In this document: positions 23,693 through 32,019 of the stretch, piece after piece
How positions within the stretch are numbered: position 1 is the stretch's first letter
Layout of the letters: the number at the start of each line of letters is the position of its first letter
DNA from: a virus
DNA length: 46,474 bases
Strand: one strand, 5' to 3'
IMG/VR virus record: IMGVR_UViG_3300049186_000011
The notes under the pieces: model-generated
Database searches by the model: none
Told to the model about the DNA's origin: nothing
What the model saw: only the letters and a program-made list of their open reading frames with translations
Made by a program: the position numbers and the translations under genes

Positions 23693-24594
23693 GCGCGGCT
23701 GGCTGGGGGGCTATTGGTGCCATTGGGTCCATTGGCGGAAGCTTGCTCGGAGCAAGCTCGTCGAGAAAAGCGGCTAGCACGCAAGCCGCTGCTGCTGAGC
23801 GCGCGGCGGAATTGCAAGATTTACAGTTCCAGAAATCGCAGGAACAGCAGCTTTACCAGTACCAGCAAAACCGCGCCGACATCCTGACCCAACTTGCGCA
23901 GCAGCGCGAGGATTACACGCCGTATCGCGAAATTGGCACGAATGCCCTGCGCGAACTGGCAGCAGGGACGCGGCCAAATGGCGAATTCTCGCAGGCGTAT
24001 GAACGTACGCCATTCGAGGCCGACCCGGGCTATCAGTTCCGCCTCAATGAAGGCACCAAGGGCATTCAGCGCGCGGCGGCTGCCCGTGGCGGCATGTACT
24101 CCGGCGCTACGCTCAAGGCTCTGGCGCGATTCAATAGCGACTTGGCATCGCAGGAATATGGCAATTACGACGCTCGCCAGAACACGCGTGAGAACCAGTT
24201 CAACTTGAACCGCGATTTCCGCCGCAATAACTTGGCATCGCTGGCCGGCATCGGTCAGACGGCGACCCGCGATGTCAATGCGGCAGGGTCGAATGCAACC
24301 GGCATGCTGGCAAGCGGCGGCACGAATTACGCCAACACCCTCGCGCAATTGGCATCAAACAATGCAAACAACCGGGCCGCCGGCACCACAAATGCCGCAG
24401 AGGCACGCGCATCCGGCTATATCGGTTCGTCCAACGCAATCGGTAAAGGCCTAGCGAATCTGTACAACAACTATCAGGCTGGGAACTGGCAACCGACGAA
24501 CCAGTATGGCAATACACCAAGCATTAGCAACAGTCTTGCTGATTGGTCGAACAACCAATACGGCTATCTCGATCCTGGCTACGACGGCCCATAA
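23677..24594 (+). CDS. Internal virion / DNA-ejection (pilot-like) protein
   Basis: GGAGG precedes ATG 23677. Gly-rich N-terminus MSFGISAAGWGAIGAIGSIGGSLLG. ...ADPGYQFRLNEGTKGIQRAAAARGGMYSGATLKAL... Confidence 0.5.
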   Translation: MSFGISAAGWGAIGAIGSIGGSLLGASSSRKAASTQAAAAERAAELQDLQFQKSQEQQLYQYQQNRADILTQLAQQREDYTPYREIGTNALRELAAGTRPNGEFSQAYERTPFEADPGYQFRLNEGTKGIQRAAAARGGMYSGATLKALARFNSDLASQEYGNYDARQNTRENQFNLNRDFRRNNLASLAGIGQTATRDVNAAGSNATGMLASGGTNYANTLAQLASNNANNRAAGTTNAAEARASGYIGSSNAIGKGLANLYNNYQAGNWQPTNQYGNTPSISNSLADWSNNQYGYLDPGYDGP

Positions 24595-24609
24595 GCGGAG
24601 GACTACACA

Positions 24610-26010
24610 ATGGCAAACAACCAGATTGCTTTGTTGGCACAAACGCCAGAATTTGACTCGCCCGTCCAGTCCGCAACGAAGCGCTTGCAGTTGCAGGCGC
24701 TGATGAACGCGCAAGAGGATCGCGGCATGGAAATGCAACAGCGCCGTCAAACACTGGCAGAACTGGCCACGCAGCGCGCTGCATTGCAAGCCGACCCGAC
24801 CGGCGGCGAGGGCTATTTGAAGGCGTTGGCGGCGGGCGGTGCGCCATCGGCATACTTCGCGGCGAAGAAGGCGCAGCAGGATTTCAGCAAGACTGCCGCC
24901 GATGTTGAAGAAAAGAAGGTGAAGACCAAGAAGGAAGGTGAGGATATCGTCAACCTCCGTATGCAGCGCGCCCGTGATCTGCTCGGCACGGTCAATACTC
25001 GCGAAGGTGCCGCGCAATGGGTACGCGGGCTGTACTCCGATCCCGATGTTGGTGGCTTCATCACTCAGCAACTCGGCCCCGTCGAGGGCGCGCTCGGGCG
25101 CATCCCCGATCCGGCTACCGATCCGCAGGGTTTCGCCAAGTGGAAGATGGGAAGCCAACTTGGCGCCGATAACCTGGTGAAGCACACTGACCCGGATGCG
25201 AACGCACAATTGCAAGCCGCTACGTCGATCAAGACCACGGGGATGAATAACGATACCTCGCGCGCCAATACCGCCGCGAACAACGCTACCTCTCGTGCCA
25301 ACAATGCGGCAAACATCGCCAAGGATTTTGCGGTGAACGGCATGAACAAAGACGGCACGCCGGCGGCAGACGTTGAGACCATGGCAAATGGGATTGCATC
25401 TGGAAAGCTCGCCCCGATTAACGGCTTCGCCCTGGCCAAGCCGCGTGGCCAAGCGATCATGGCCCGCGTGATGGAAATCAACCCGAACTACGACGCGGGC
25501 GACTATGCGGCCAAGAATGCCGCCCTAAAGGGTTTCTCGACCGGGAAAGAAGGAACGGCGCTGCGTTCGTTTAATGTGGCGACCGATCACCTGGAAACCT
25601 TGGGCGCGATGGCCGATGCACTCAATAACGGCAACCTCCAGTTGCTGAATAAGGCCGGGAACATTTGGAATCAGCAAACTGGTGCGGCTGCGCCAACCAA
25701 CTTCAATGCGGTGAAGGAAATCGTCGGCAAGGAAGTCGTCAAGGCCATTGTCGCTGGTGGCGGCGGCGTGGAAGAGCGCAGGGAAATGTCGCAACTTCTT
25801 GATGCCGCAAACTCCCCGGCGCAGTTGAAAGGCGTGATCACGCACTTCAAAGAACTGATGCAGGCGCAACGCGATGGCCTGATGGATCAGTACGAGCGGA
25901 CTACCGGACGAAAGGATGGCGCGAGTGTATTCGCAGCATCGAAGCGCCCAGCCACAGCCGCTGTCCCTGACGACATTGCCGAGCTACTCAAGAAGCACGG
26001 GGGCAAGTGA
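24610..26010 (+). CDS. Internal virion / ejection protein (hypothetical)
   Basis: 466 aa, Ala/Gln-rich. Position matches the P22 ejection-protein block. Confidence 0.45.
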   Translation: MANNQIALLAQTPEFDSPVQSATKRLQLQALMNAQEDRGMEMQQRRQTLAELATQRAALQADPTGGEGYLKALAAGGAPSAYFAAKKAQQDFSKTAADVEEKKVKTKKEGEDIVNLRMQRARDLLGTVNTREGAAQWVRGLYSDPDVGGFITQQLGPVEGALGRIPDPATDPQGFAKWKMGSQLGADNLVKHTDPDANAQLQAATSIKTTGMNNDTSRANTAANNATSRANNAANIAKDFAVNGMNKDGTPAADVETMANGIASGKLAPINGFALAKPRGQAIMARVMEINPNYDAGDYAAKNAALKGFSTGKEGTALRSFNVATDHLETLGAMADALNNGNLQLLNKAGNIWNQQTGAAAPTNFNAVKEIVGKEVVKAIVAGGGGVEERREMSQLLDAANSPAQLKGVITHFKELMQAQRDGLMDQYERTTGRKDGASVFAASKRPATAAVPDDIAELLKKHGGK

Positions 26011-27527
26011 TGGCGACTCGCGAAGAGTTGTACACCGCACTGCGCAACGCCGACAAGGCTGGTGACGTTGAGGGCGCGCGCAAGCTGGCCGGCTACATCC
26101 AGTCGCTGCCGGCAGAAGGCAGTGCCGCGCCGGCTGCACCTGCCCCGAAGAAGCCAGAATCATCCATGCTGGCCGATATCGGTCAGGGCGCTGCTAATCT
26201 GGCGGCGGGCGCCGTGCGTGGCGCGGGTTCCATTGGTGCGACGCTGCTGGCCCCGATTGACATCGCGTCCGACGCGCTGGCCGGCAAAGGGCTGACGCTG
26301 GAATCGAACCGCGAACGCCGCGCCAAGATCGATTCCGGCTTGCGCGATCTCGGCGCCGATCCCGACTCCATTTTGTACAAGGCTGGGAAACTCGGTGGCG
26401 AAGTGGCGGGCACGGCTGGTGCCGGGGGTGCCTTGGCAAACGGGATGCGGGCCGCCGCGCCAATACTGACGCGCGCTGGCATGGGCGCCCCAACCCTCCA
26501 GAGCTTGGCAAGCTCTGTCGCAAGTGGTGGCTTCAACACTGGGGCGCAAGCTGCGACAACAGCGGGTGGCCGCATCGCTGACATAGCCATGCGCGGGGCT
26601 GGCGGGGCCATCAGTGGCGGTGCGAGCGCGGCGCTGATCGACCCCGAGAACGCAGGGGCCGGCGCCATCGTGGGTGCGGCTCTCCCAGGCGCGGTGAAGG
26701 CTGGCGGGGTCGTCGGCAGGAAGCTGGAGCAGTTAGCCCATGACGGTGCTGAACGCCTGATGCAAAGCGCGGTCAAGCCGACGATCAAGCAATTGGCCAG
26801 CGGCGATGCTGATACCGCCGTTCGCACGCTGCTTGATTACGGGATCAGCCCGACCCGGGCGGGCGTGGGCAAACTCCGTGATTTGGTCGATGATCTGAAT
26901 ACGCAGATCGCTGACAAGATTGCAAACTCTACCGCGACGATACCGAAGTCAGACGTGTTGAAGCGGCTCGCCAGCGTGGAATCGACGTTTGGCAATCAAG
27001 TCAGCCCTACCGCTGACCTGGCCACCATCCAGCGCGTTGCCGACGATTTCCTTGCGCATCCACTGTATCCCGGCGCCGATCTGCCGGTTCAGGCGGCACA
27101 GACATTAAAGCAAGGCACCTATAAGACGTTGGCCAAAAAATACGGTCAACTGGGCGGCGCCGAGACTGAGGCGCAGAAGGGCCTGGCGCGTGGCTTGAAG
27201 GAGGAAATCGCAAATGCGGTGCCAGAGGTTGCTGGGCTGAATGCGGAGGAAGCGAAGCTTATCACCACGCTCAAGGTATCCGAGCGGCGCGCGCTGATGG
27301 AAATGAACAAAAACCCGATGGGGCTTGCGGCACTTGCTGGCGACCCGAAAAGCTGGGCGATGTTCATGGCCGACCGCAGTGCAGCATTCAAGGCATTGGC
27401 GGCCCGCATGGTGGATAGCTCAGCGAATGCGGCCGGCAGCGCGGCGCCAGCGTTGGAGGCCCGTGCGGCTAATCCCTTGCTTCGGAATGCTGCGACGATT
27501 TCCGCCGCTCCGCCCGGGCGCGAATGA
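26007..27527 (+). CDS. Internal virion / ejection protein (hypothetical)
   Basis: 506 aa with a Gly/Ala-rich central region. Last gene before the immI-like island. Confidence 0.45.
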   Translation: MMATREELYTALRNADKAGDVEGARKLAGYIQSLPAEGSAAPAAPAPKKPESSMLADIGQGAANLAAGAVRGAGSIGATLLAPIDIASDALAGKGLTLESNRERRAKIDSGLRDLGADPDSILYKAGKLGGEVAGTAGAGGALANGMRAAAPILTRAGMGAPTLQSLASSVASGGFNTGAQAATTAGGRIADIAMRGAGGAISGGASAALIDPENAGAGAIVGAALPGAVKAGGVVGRKLEQLAHDGAERLMQSAVKPTIKQLASGDADTAVRTLLDYGISPTRAGVGKLRDLVDDLNTQIADKIANSTATIPKSDVLKRLASVESTFGNQVSPTADLATIQRVADDFLAHPLYPGADLPVQAAQTLKQGTYKTLAKKYGQLGGAETEAQKGLARGLKEEIANAVPEVAGLNAEEAKLITTLKVSERRALMEMNKNPMGLAALAGDPKSWAMFMADRSAAFKALAARMVDSSANAAGSAAPALEARAANPLLRNAATISAAPPGRE

Positions 27528-27597
27528 AGCCGTAGATCACAGCGAGGACGAAGAAAACGCCCAGCTTAGCCAGCTTGTATAGGATGTAGGCGCTCAT
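27469..27597 (-). CDS. Small single-TM peptide translationally coupled to the Mnt-like gene (42 aa; below the ORF-track cutoff)
   Basis: ATGA start/stop overlap at 27594-27597. MSAYILYKLAKLGVFFVLAVIYGFIRARAERRKSSQHSEARD. Convergently overlaps the 3' end of 26007..27527 by 59 nt. Confidence 0.35.
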   Translation of the reverse strand: MSAYILYKLAKLGVFFVLAVIYGFIRARAERRKSSQHSEARD

Positions 27598-27872
27598 TGG
27601 TCATTCGTCTGAATAGGTTCAACATCCTCTTGCACGTTAAGCAAGGCTTCGTACATGGCAAAAAAATATGGGCGGTTGCGCTCGCTCAGGCGACCGATCA
27701 TTTCATCAAAGCCGGAAACGACGACGGGCGACAGGTTGAAAGACTGCTCAAGGCGCTGAATGATCTCGGCATGCAGCGATCGCCCGTCCAGTTTGGCCGC
27801 ATCCTCCAAACGAGTGCGCAACTCCGGCGGCATCCGAAGTGGGTATGGTGCAATGTGATGTCGATCTGTCAT
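27594..27872 (-). CDS. Mnt/Arc-family ribbon-helix-helix repressor (Mnt-like, 92 aa)
   Basis: MTDRHHIAPYPLRMPPELRTRLEDAAKLDGRSLHAEIIQRLEQS plus a C-terminal extension. Divergent from the Arc-like gene. Confidence 0.7.
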   Translation of the reverse strand: MTDRHHIAPYPLRMPPELRTRLEDAAKLDGRSLHAEIIQRLEQSFNLSPVVVSGFDEMIGRLSERNRPYFFAMYEALLNVQEDVEPIQTNDQ

Positions 27873-27975
27873 ATGCGCATTGTGGATGGCATTCTGATTC
27901 TTTTCAATGAGTCTACTTGCTATCCACAATTGTGGATGCTAATATGAATCCACTTTGGTATCGAAAGGATTAAAA
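27873..27975. promoter_or_regulatory. Divergent operator/promoter region of the immI-like module
   Basis: Perfect 16-bp palindrome ATCCACAATTGTGGAT (27922-27937). Additional half-sites TTGTGGAT (27880-27887) and GAATCCAC (27947-27954). Confidence 0.6.
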
Positions 27976-28137
27976 ATGGCTCAGACAAGAACGCCGTACC
28001 CGCTCAGGCTCCCTGAGCAGTTGCGCGAATGGATGCAACAGCAGGCTGATGCGAACAGTCGGTCTCTGCAGGGCGAGTTGATCCATAGATTGCAACAAAG
28101 CAAGGCAAACGAGGAGGCAAAACATGCGAAACACTGA
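27976..28137 (+). CDS. Arc-like ribbon-helix-helix repressor (53 aa)
   Basis: MAQTRTPYPLRLPEQLREWMQQQADANSRSLQGELIHRLQQS... compares with P22 Arc ...FNLRWPREVLDLVRKVAEENGRSVNSEIYQRVMES. Confidence 0.7.
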   Translation: MAQTRTPYPLRLPEQLREWMQQQADANSRSLQGELIHRLQQSKANEEAKHAKH

Positions 28138-28669
28138 ACTTCAGCTCCCGGTTGTCCACCCTGGTCAGATGGTCACTATTGACGGCGATCATCTGGTGAC
28201 TGATTCGCGGATCGTGGCAAAGGTCTTTGGCAAGGCGCACAAAAACGTCCTTCGAATAATTGATGAAATGAGGGTGAGCAGTAATCCTGAAATCGCAGAG
28301 CATTCGCGGCTCAATTTTGAGCCGTGCATATTTGACTATCGAGCAGGTAAAGGTGGGCTTCGTGCAGCCCCCGGCTATCGCATGACGAAGGATGGGTTAT
28401 CTGAACTTGCGATGAGCTTCACTGGGGACCGCGCGCGCATCTGCCGTATCCGGTTCATTGCGGCTTTTAACGCTATGGCCGAGCAGCTCGCTAACGGAGA
28501 GAAAAATCTGTGGCAGAAGATGCAAGCCTTAATCGCCAAGGAAACGGCGTCGCAGTTGAAAGCCTCGTTCGGCTCGCACCTCATGCTGGATCGCAAGCGG
28601 GAAATCCGGCCACTGCGTGAGGAGCGCCAGGAACTGGAAACAGCCATTCAGCCGTCATTGCTCAATTGA
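28124..28669 (+). CDS. Rha-family phage regulatory protein / antirepressor
   Basis: ...HLVTDSRIVAKVFGKAHKNVLRIIDEM... (pRha-type N-domain). Sits immediately downstream of the Arc-like gene. Confidence 0.7.
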   Translation: MRNTELQLPVVHPGQMVTIDGDHLVTDSRIVAKVFGKAHKNVLRIIDEMRVSSNPEIAEHSRLNFEPCIFDYRAGKGGLRAAPGYRMTKDGLSELAMSFTGDRARICRIRFIAAFNAMAEQLANGEKNLWQKMQALIAKETASQLKASFGSHLMLDRKREIRPLREERQELETAIQPSLLN

Positions 28670-28676
28670 ACTAACC

Positions 28677-28718
28677 AAAGAAAAAGCCCCGAACGATTCT
28701 TGGCAGAGGGTTCGGGGC
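28677..28718 (-). terminator. Hairpin whose U-tract lies on the minus strand
   Basis: GCCCCGAAC (28686-28694) pairs with GTTCGGGGC (28710-28718). An A-tract is on the plus-strand 5' side, which is TTTTTCTTT after the stem on the minus strand. No T-tract follows on the plus strand. Confidence 0.35.
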
Positions 28719-28749
28719 CGATGTCAACCACATAACAGAGGTGAACGGA

Positions 28750-28938
28750 ATGAAGGTTATCACAAAAATGCAACAAGGCCCACTCGTATTGACGCAAAAA
28801 GAGTCGAGGCTGATTGACATGTGGCGCGACCTTGGGGATGGTCAAGAAGCTATGTACCTCATGATGGAGAAGATGCTGAACAGAATGACGCCGAGGCACA
28901 AGGCCCCTGTGCTGCGCTTGGTTACCTCCCGAACATAG
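28750..28938 (+). CDS. Hypothetical small protein in the immI-like island
   Basis: AGAGGTG lies 7 nt upstream of ATG 28750. 62 aa. Confidence 0.55.
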   Translation: MKVITKMQQGPLVLTQKESRLIDMWRDLGDGQEAMYLMMEKMLNRMTPRHKAPVLRLVTSRT

Positions 28939-28947
28939 AAAAACCAT

Positions 28948-29002
28948 TCCCGCCTTGAGCGGGATTTTTTTACCGAAGCCCGGCCCCGAGCCGGGTTTTT
29001 TT
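28948..29002 (+). terminator. Two tandem rho-independent terminators
   Basis: TCCCGC-cttga-GCGGGA then T7 (28948-28971). AGCCCGGC-cccga-GCCGGGTT then T-run (28977-29002). Confidence 0.8.
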
Positions 29003-29021
29003 ATTCCCCGGAGCTTTTGGA

Positions 29022-30446
29022 ATGCAAATCCCATTCGTCGGCGGCGCCTACCTTGAGCGCAGCATGCTGCTTGACGCCCAGCGCTGCGTCAATTTTTTCC
29101 CTGTACTTGGTGAGTCAGGGACCGCAAAGGCGGTGCGCGCCCTGTACGGCACTCCTGGCCTGCGGCGCTTGACGACGCTGGCGGCAGCCGGCTGCGTGCG
29201 CGGTGCCTGGAAGCCAACCGACGGCAGCGATGCGATTGTTGTCTGCGGCGCCTACGTGTACCGCGTCAAGGACGATTGGACGTCAACGCAAGTGGGGACG
29301 GTCGATTCCGTTACCACGCCAGTCGTCATACGCGACAACGGGGAATATGCGGTCATCGCGACCGGTGATCGTGGCTACTCGCTCAACTTGACCACGAACA
29401 CGTTTGCGCAGATTCTCGACCCGGCATTTTACGGTGCGAGTCACGTGGAATACCTGGACACGTATTTCATTTTCAACCGGCCCGGAACAAACCAGCTTTA
29501 CATCAGTGGCAGCAATGCACTGACATTTGACGCGCTTGACTTCGGCTCTGCCGAGTCGAATGCGGAGTCGATCATTGCGCACATCGTCAGCCATTCCGAA
29601 CTGATCGTTTTCAAAGAGACCGTTACCGAGGTCTGGAGCGATTCCGGCAATACCGATTTCCCTTTGGCGCGCAATACCAATGCCGCCATCAAACAAGGCT
29701 GTGCGGCGCCCTATTCCGTGGTCGAAATGGACAACACGATTTTCTGGCTAGGCAATGCGCGAGAAGGCGGCGGCATCGTATGGCGGCTCAATGGCTATAC
29801 GCCGACCCGGGTATCAACTAGCTCTATTGAAACCGCCATTGCCGGGTATGGCGACATTTCGGATGCCGTGGCCTACTCGTACCAGCAGGAGGGGCATACC
29901 TTCTATGTGTTGTCATTCCCGGCAGCCGGCGCGACGTGGGTATATGACGCCGCTACGCGATTGTGGCATGAGCGCGCATACCTTGATCCAGCCACCGGCA
30001 CGCTTGGCCGTCATCGCTCCAACTGCCACGTCAACATCAACGGTACGCATGTGGTGGGCGACTGGGAGAACGGCAAACTGTACGCGCTTGACCTGGACTA
30101 TTACAGCGACGATGGCGACCCGTTGCCAGCCATCAGGGCGGCGGCGCATATCGCGGATAGCGACTACAAGCGAATCCGGCACGACCGCCTGCATGTGGAT
30201 ATTGAGCCGGGGATTGGCCTACAAACCGGCCAGGGCTCGAATCCCTTGGCTGTGCTGCAAATATCGAACAACGGCGGCAAGACCTGGGGCAATGCAATCA
30301 CCGCTTCGCTTGGGCTGGTGGGGCAATACCAGGCGCTGTTGATCTGGCGCCGGCTCGGCATAGCGCGTGACCGTGTGTATCGCCTCACGATCACCGACCC
30401 GGTGAAGCGCGTCGTTCTCGGCGCAACGCTCAATCCGGAGCTATAG
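29022..30446 (+). CDS. P22 gp10-like packaged-DNA stabilization / tail hub protein
   Basis: 474 aa, close to my recollection of gp10 length (about 470 aa). MQIPFVGGAYLERSMLLDAQRCVNFFP... with a beta-propeller-like repeat pattern. Lies upstream of the fiber and spike genes. Confidence 0.55.
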   Translation: MQIPFVGGAYLERSMLLDAQRCVNFFPVLGESGTAKAVRALYGTPGLRRLTTLAAAGCVRGAWKPTDGSDAIVVCGAYVYRVKDDWTSTQVGTVDSVTTPVVIRDNGEYAVIATGDRGYSLNLTTNTFAQILDPAFYGASHVEYLDTYFIFNRPGTNQLYISGSNALTFDALDFGSAESNAESIIAHIVSHSELIVFKETVTEVWSDSGNTDFPLARNTNAAIKQGCAAPYSVVEMDNTIFWLGNAREGGGIVWRLNGYTPTRVSTSSIETAIAGYGDISDAVAYSYQQEGHTFYVLSFPAAGATWVYDAATRLWHERAYLDPATGTLGRHRSNCHVNINGTHVVGDWENGKLYALDLDYYSDDGDPLPAIRAAAHIADSDYKRIRHDRLHVDIEPGIGLQTGQGSNPLAVLQISNNGGKTWGNAITASLGLVGQYQALLIWRRLGIARDRVYRLTITDPVKRVVLGATLNPEL

Positions 30447-30447
30447 C

Positions 30448-31620
30448 ATGTCAATCCTCAATCTATTTCCTGCCCGTGTCGCAATTGGTAAGGGCCTGGA
30501 CGCGAATGGCAACGAGGTTGACATATACGCCTCAGAGGAATTCCTGCGTGCGCTGACGGCACTGTTTAAACGTGTCGGCGGTGCAAACGGGATGGGGAAC
30601 GATGAATTGGCGTTGCTAGCCGCGTTCATGTCGGTAGCTCCGGCACAGTCCGACGCCTTTGACGCACAGATTATGGCGGCACCGGATCAGTCGGCGCGCG
30701 TCATTGAACTGGAAAAGCGGCTGGAAGAACTGCAAATCCAGTTGCAGATGGCACTGGCGCAACTAGGCGCTGTCGGCGCGCTGGAGCAGCGCTTAGCCGA
30801 TATCCAGGCCCATGCGAGCATTTTCCAGTCGCCCGCCGCCGTGCCCCCACAGGAAATCATGGTGGAAAGCGCGATGTCTGCTGTGGCCTTCGCTGAACTG
30901 CAAAAAACAGTGATGTCGCTTGCCATTGAGGCAGCCTTCGGACCTCCCGGCACTGACTGGGAGCACCCTGGCAGCATTGGTCTGAAAACGCCAGCACCTG
31001 GGGCCTTCACTACGCTTTCCGCCAGCGGTGCGATAACGGCTGGCAGCACTATCGCGGCAACCGGACTTGTGACAAGCGATGCTGGATTTAGACGATCAGC
31101 AGCGGCGGCCAGCGCTGGGTATATCGCTTCGCAACTGGATGGCAGCAGTGCCGTGCATGGCTTGTACTGGGACGCTACGGACCCCTGCTTGGTGCGTGCT
31201 GGCACGATACGCCTGAAAGCCACATCGGCAGGTGCGGAGGTAATCGGGACGACAAAATCGACCGGCCTGACGAGTTCAGATATTGGATTCAGGCGCAGCG
31301 CTGCTGCTGGCACGGCCGGCTACATGTGCAGCCAGTTGGATGGAGCGTCGGCAGTGCATGGCTTGTACTGGGATGGCACAAACATCAATCTCGTGTCAGC
31401 AGGAACGATCGTCGCGACCATATCGACAACTGGCATGGTAATCGGCGCCGGGAAATTAACCACTCTTGGCGGGGCCACATTGCACACAACATCGACGGCC
31501 CTAACGAATGGCGCCGGCGCAGCGACTGGCACCCTCACAAATGCTCCTGCTGCTGGGAATCCTACCAAATGGATCGGGATAAACGATAACGGCACCACCC
31601 GGTATGTCCCTTCTTGGTAA
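30448..31620 (+). CDS. Tail fiber protein with an internal ~68-aa duplication
   Basis: 390 aa. Coiled segment ELEKRLEELQIQLQMALAQL. Duplicated SD(A/I)GFRRSAAA..AGY..SQLDG.SAVHGLYWD... C-terminus ...KWIGINDNGTTRYVPSW. Confidence 0.7.
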   Translation: MSILNLFPARVAIGKGLDANGNEVDIYASEEFLRALTALFKRVGGANGMGNDELALLAAFMSVAPAQSDAFDAQIMAAPDQSARVIELEKRLEELQIQLQMALAQLGAVGALEQRLADIQAHASIFQSPAAVPPQEIMVESAMSAVAFAELQKTVMSLAIEAAFGPPGTDWEHPGSIGLKTPAPGAFTTLSASGAITAGSTIAATGLVTSDAGFRRSAAAASAGYIASQLDGSSAVHGLYWDATDPCLVRAGTIRLKATSAGAEVIGTTKSTGLTSSDIGFRRSAAAGTAGYMCSQLDGASAVHGLYWDGTNINLVSAGTIVATISTTGMVIGAGKLTTLGGATLHTTSTALTNGAGAATGTLTNAPAAGNPTKWIGINDNGTTRYVPSW

Positions 31621-31640
31621 ATGAAAACGTAATTCAACAC

Positions 31641-31665
31641 AGCCCACTTCGGTGGGCTTTTTTTA
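31641..31665 (+). terminator. Rho-independent terminator
   Basis: AGCCCAC-ttcg-GTGGGCT followed by TTTTTTT. Confidence 0.8.
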
Positions 31666-31678
31666 TGGGCGAACGAAA

Positions 31679-32011
31679 ATGACCACCTCCCTGTACATCC
31701 TTGATGGAACCCTGCTGACCGGATCGGCGGCCACTTATGGCACCGCCGTGCCGACGCTGACCAAGCGCATCATCAAATCGATGACGCTCTATAACGGCAC
31801 TGCCGCGCCCGTGCAATGCGAGGTGCATTTGATCGCATCTGGCGGCACAGCAAGCGACACGAACCGGGTAATCCTGCGCACCCTGGCAGTCGAGGAAACG
31901 TACACCTGCCCCGAGGTCATCAACGAAGGTTTGAACGCGGGCGGGTTTGTCCAGGCGCTGGGCTTGAACTGCTCCATTCGTTACACCGCAACCGACATCA
32001 CGAACGCATAA
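31679..32011 (+). CDS. Hypothetical tail-associated protein
   Basis: 110 aa starting at ATG 31679. The track start at 31652 lies inside the terminator. Confidence 0.55.
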   Translation: MTTSLYILDGTLLTGSAATYGTAVPTLTKRIIKSMTLYNGTAAPVQCEVHLIASGGTASDTNRVILRTLAVEETYTCPEVINEGLNAGGFVQALGLNCSIRYTATDITNA

Positions 32012-32019
32012 CGACTGCC

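Noticed and set aside
31816-32019. N-terminal extensions of track ORFs (31816 for the tailspike, 9224 for the Q-like gene, 12293 for the portal, 6883 for the methyltransferase, 34785 for the holin-like gene, 44502 for RecT, 45449 for the exonuclease)
   Set aside because: The extensions overlap the preceding gene in another frame and translate to Arg-rich junk. Internal starts with Shine-Dalgarno sequences or ATGA/TGATG coupling fit the operon spacing.
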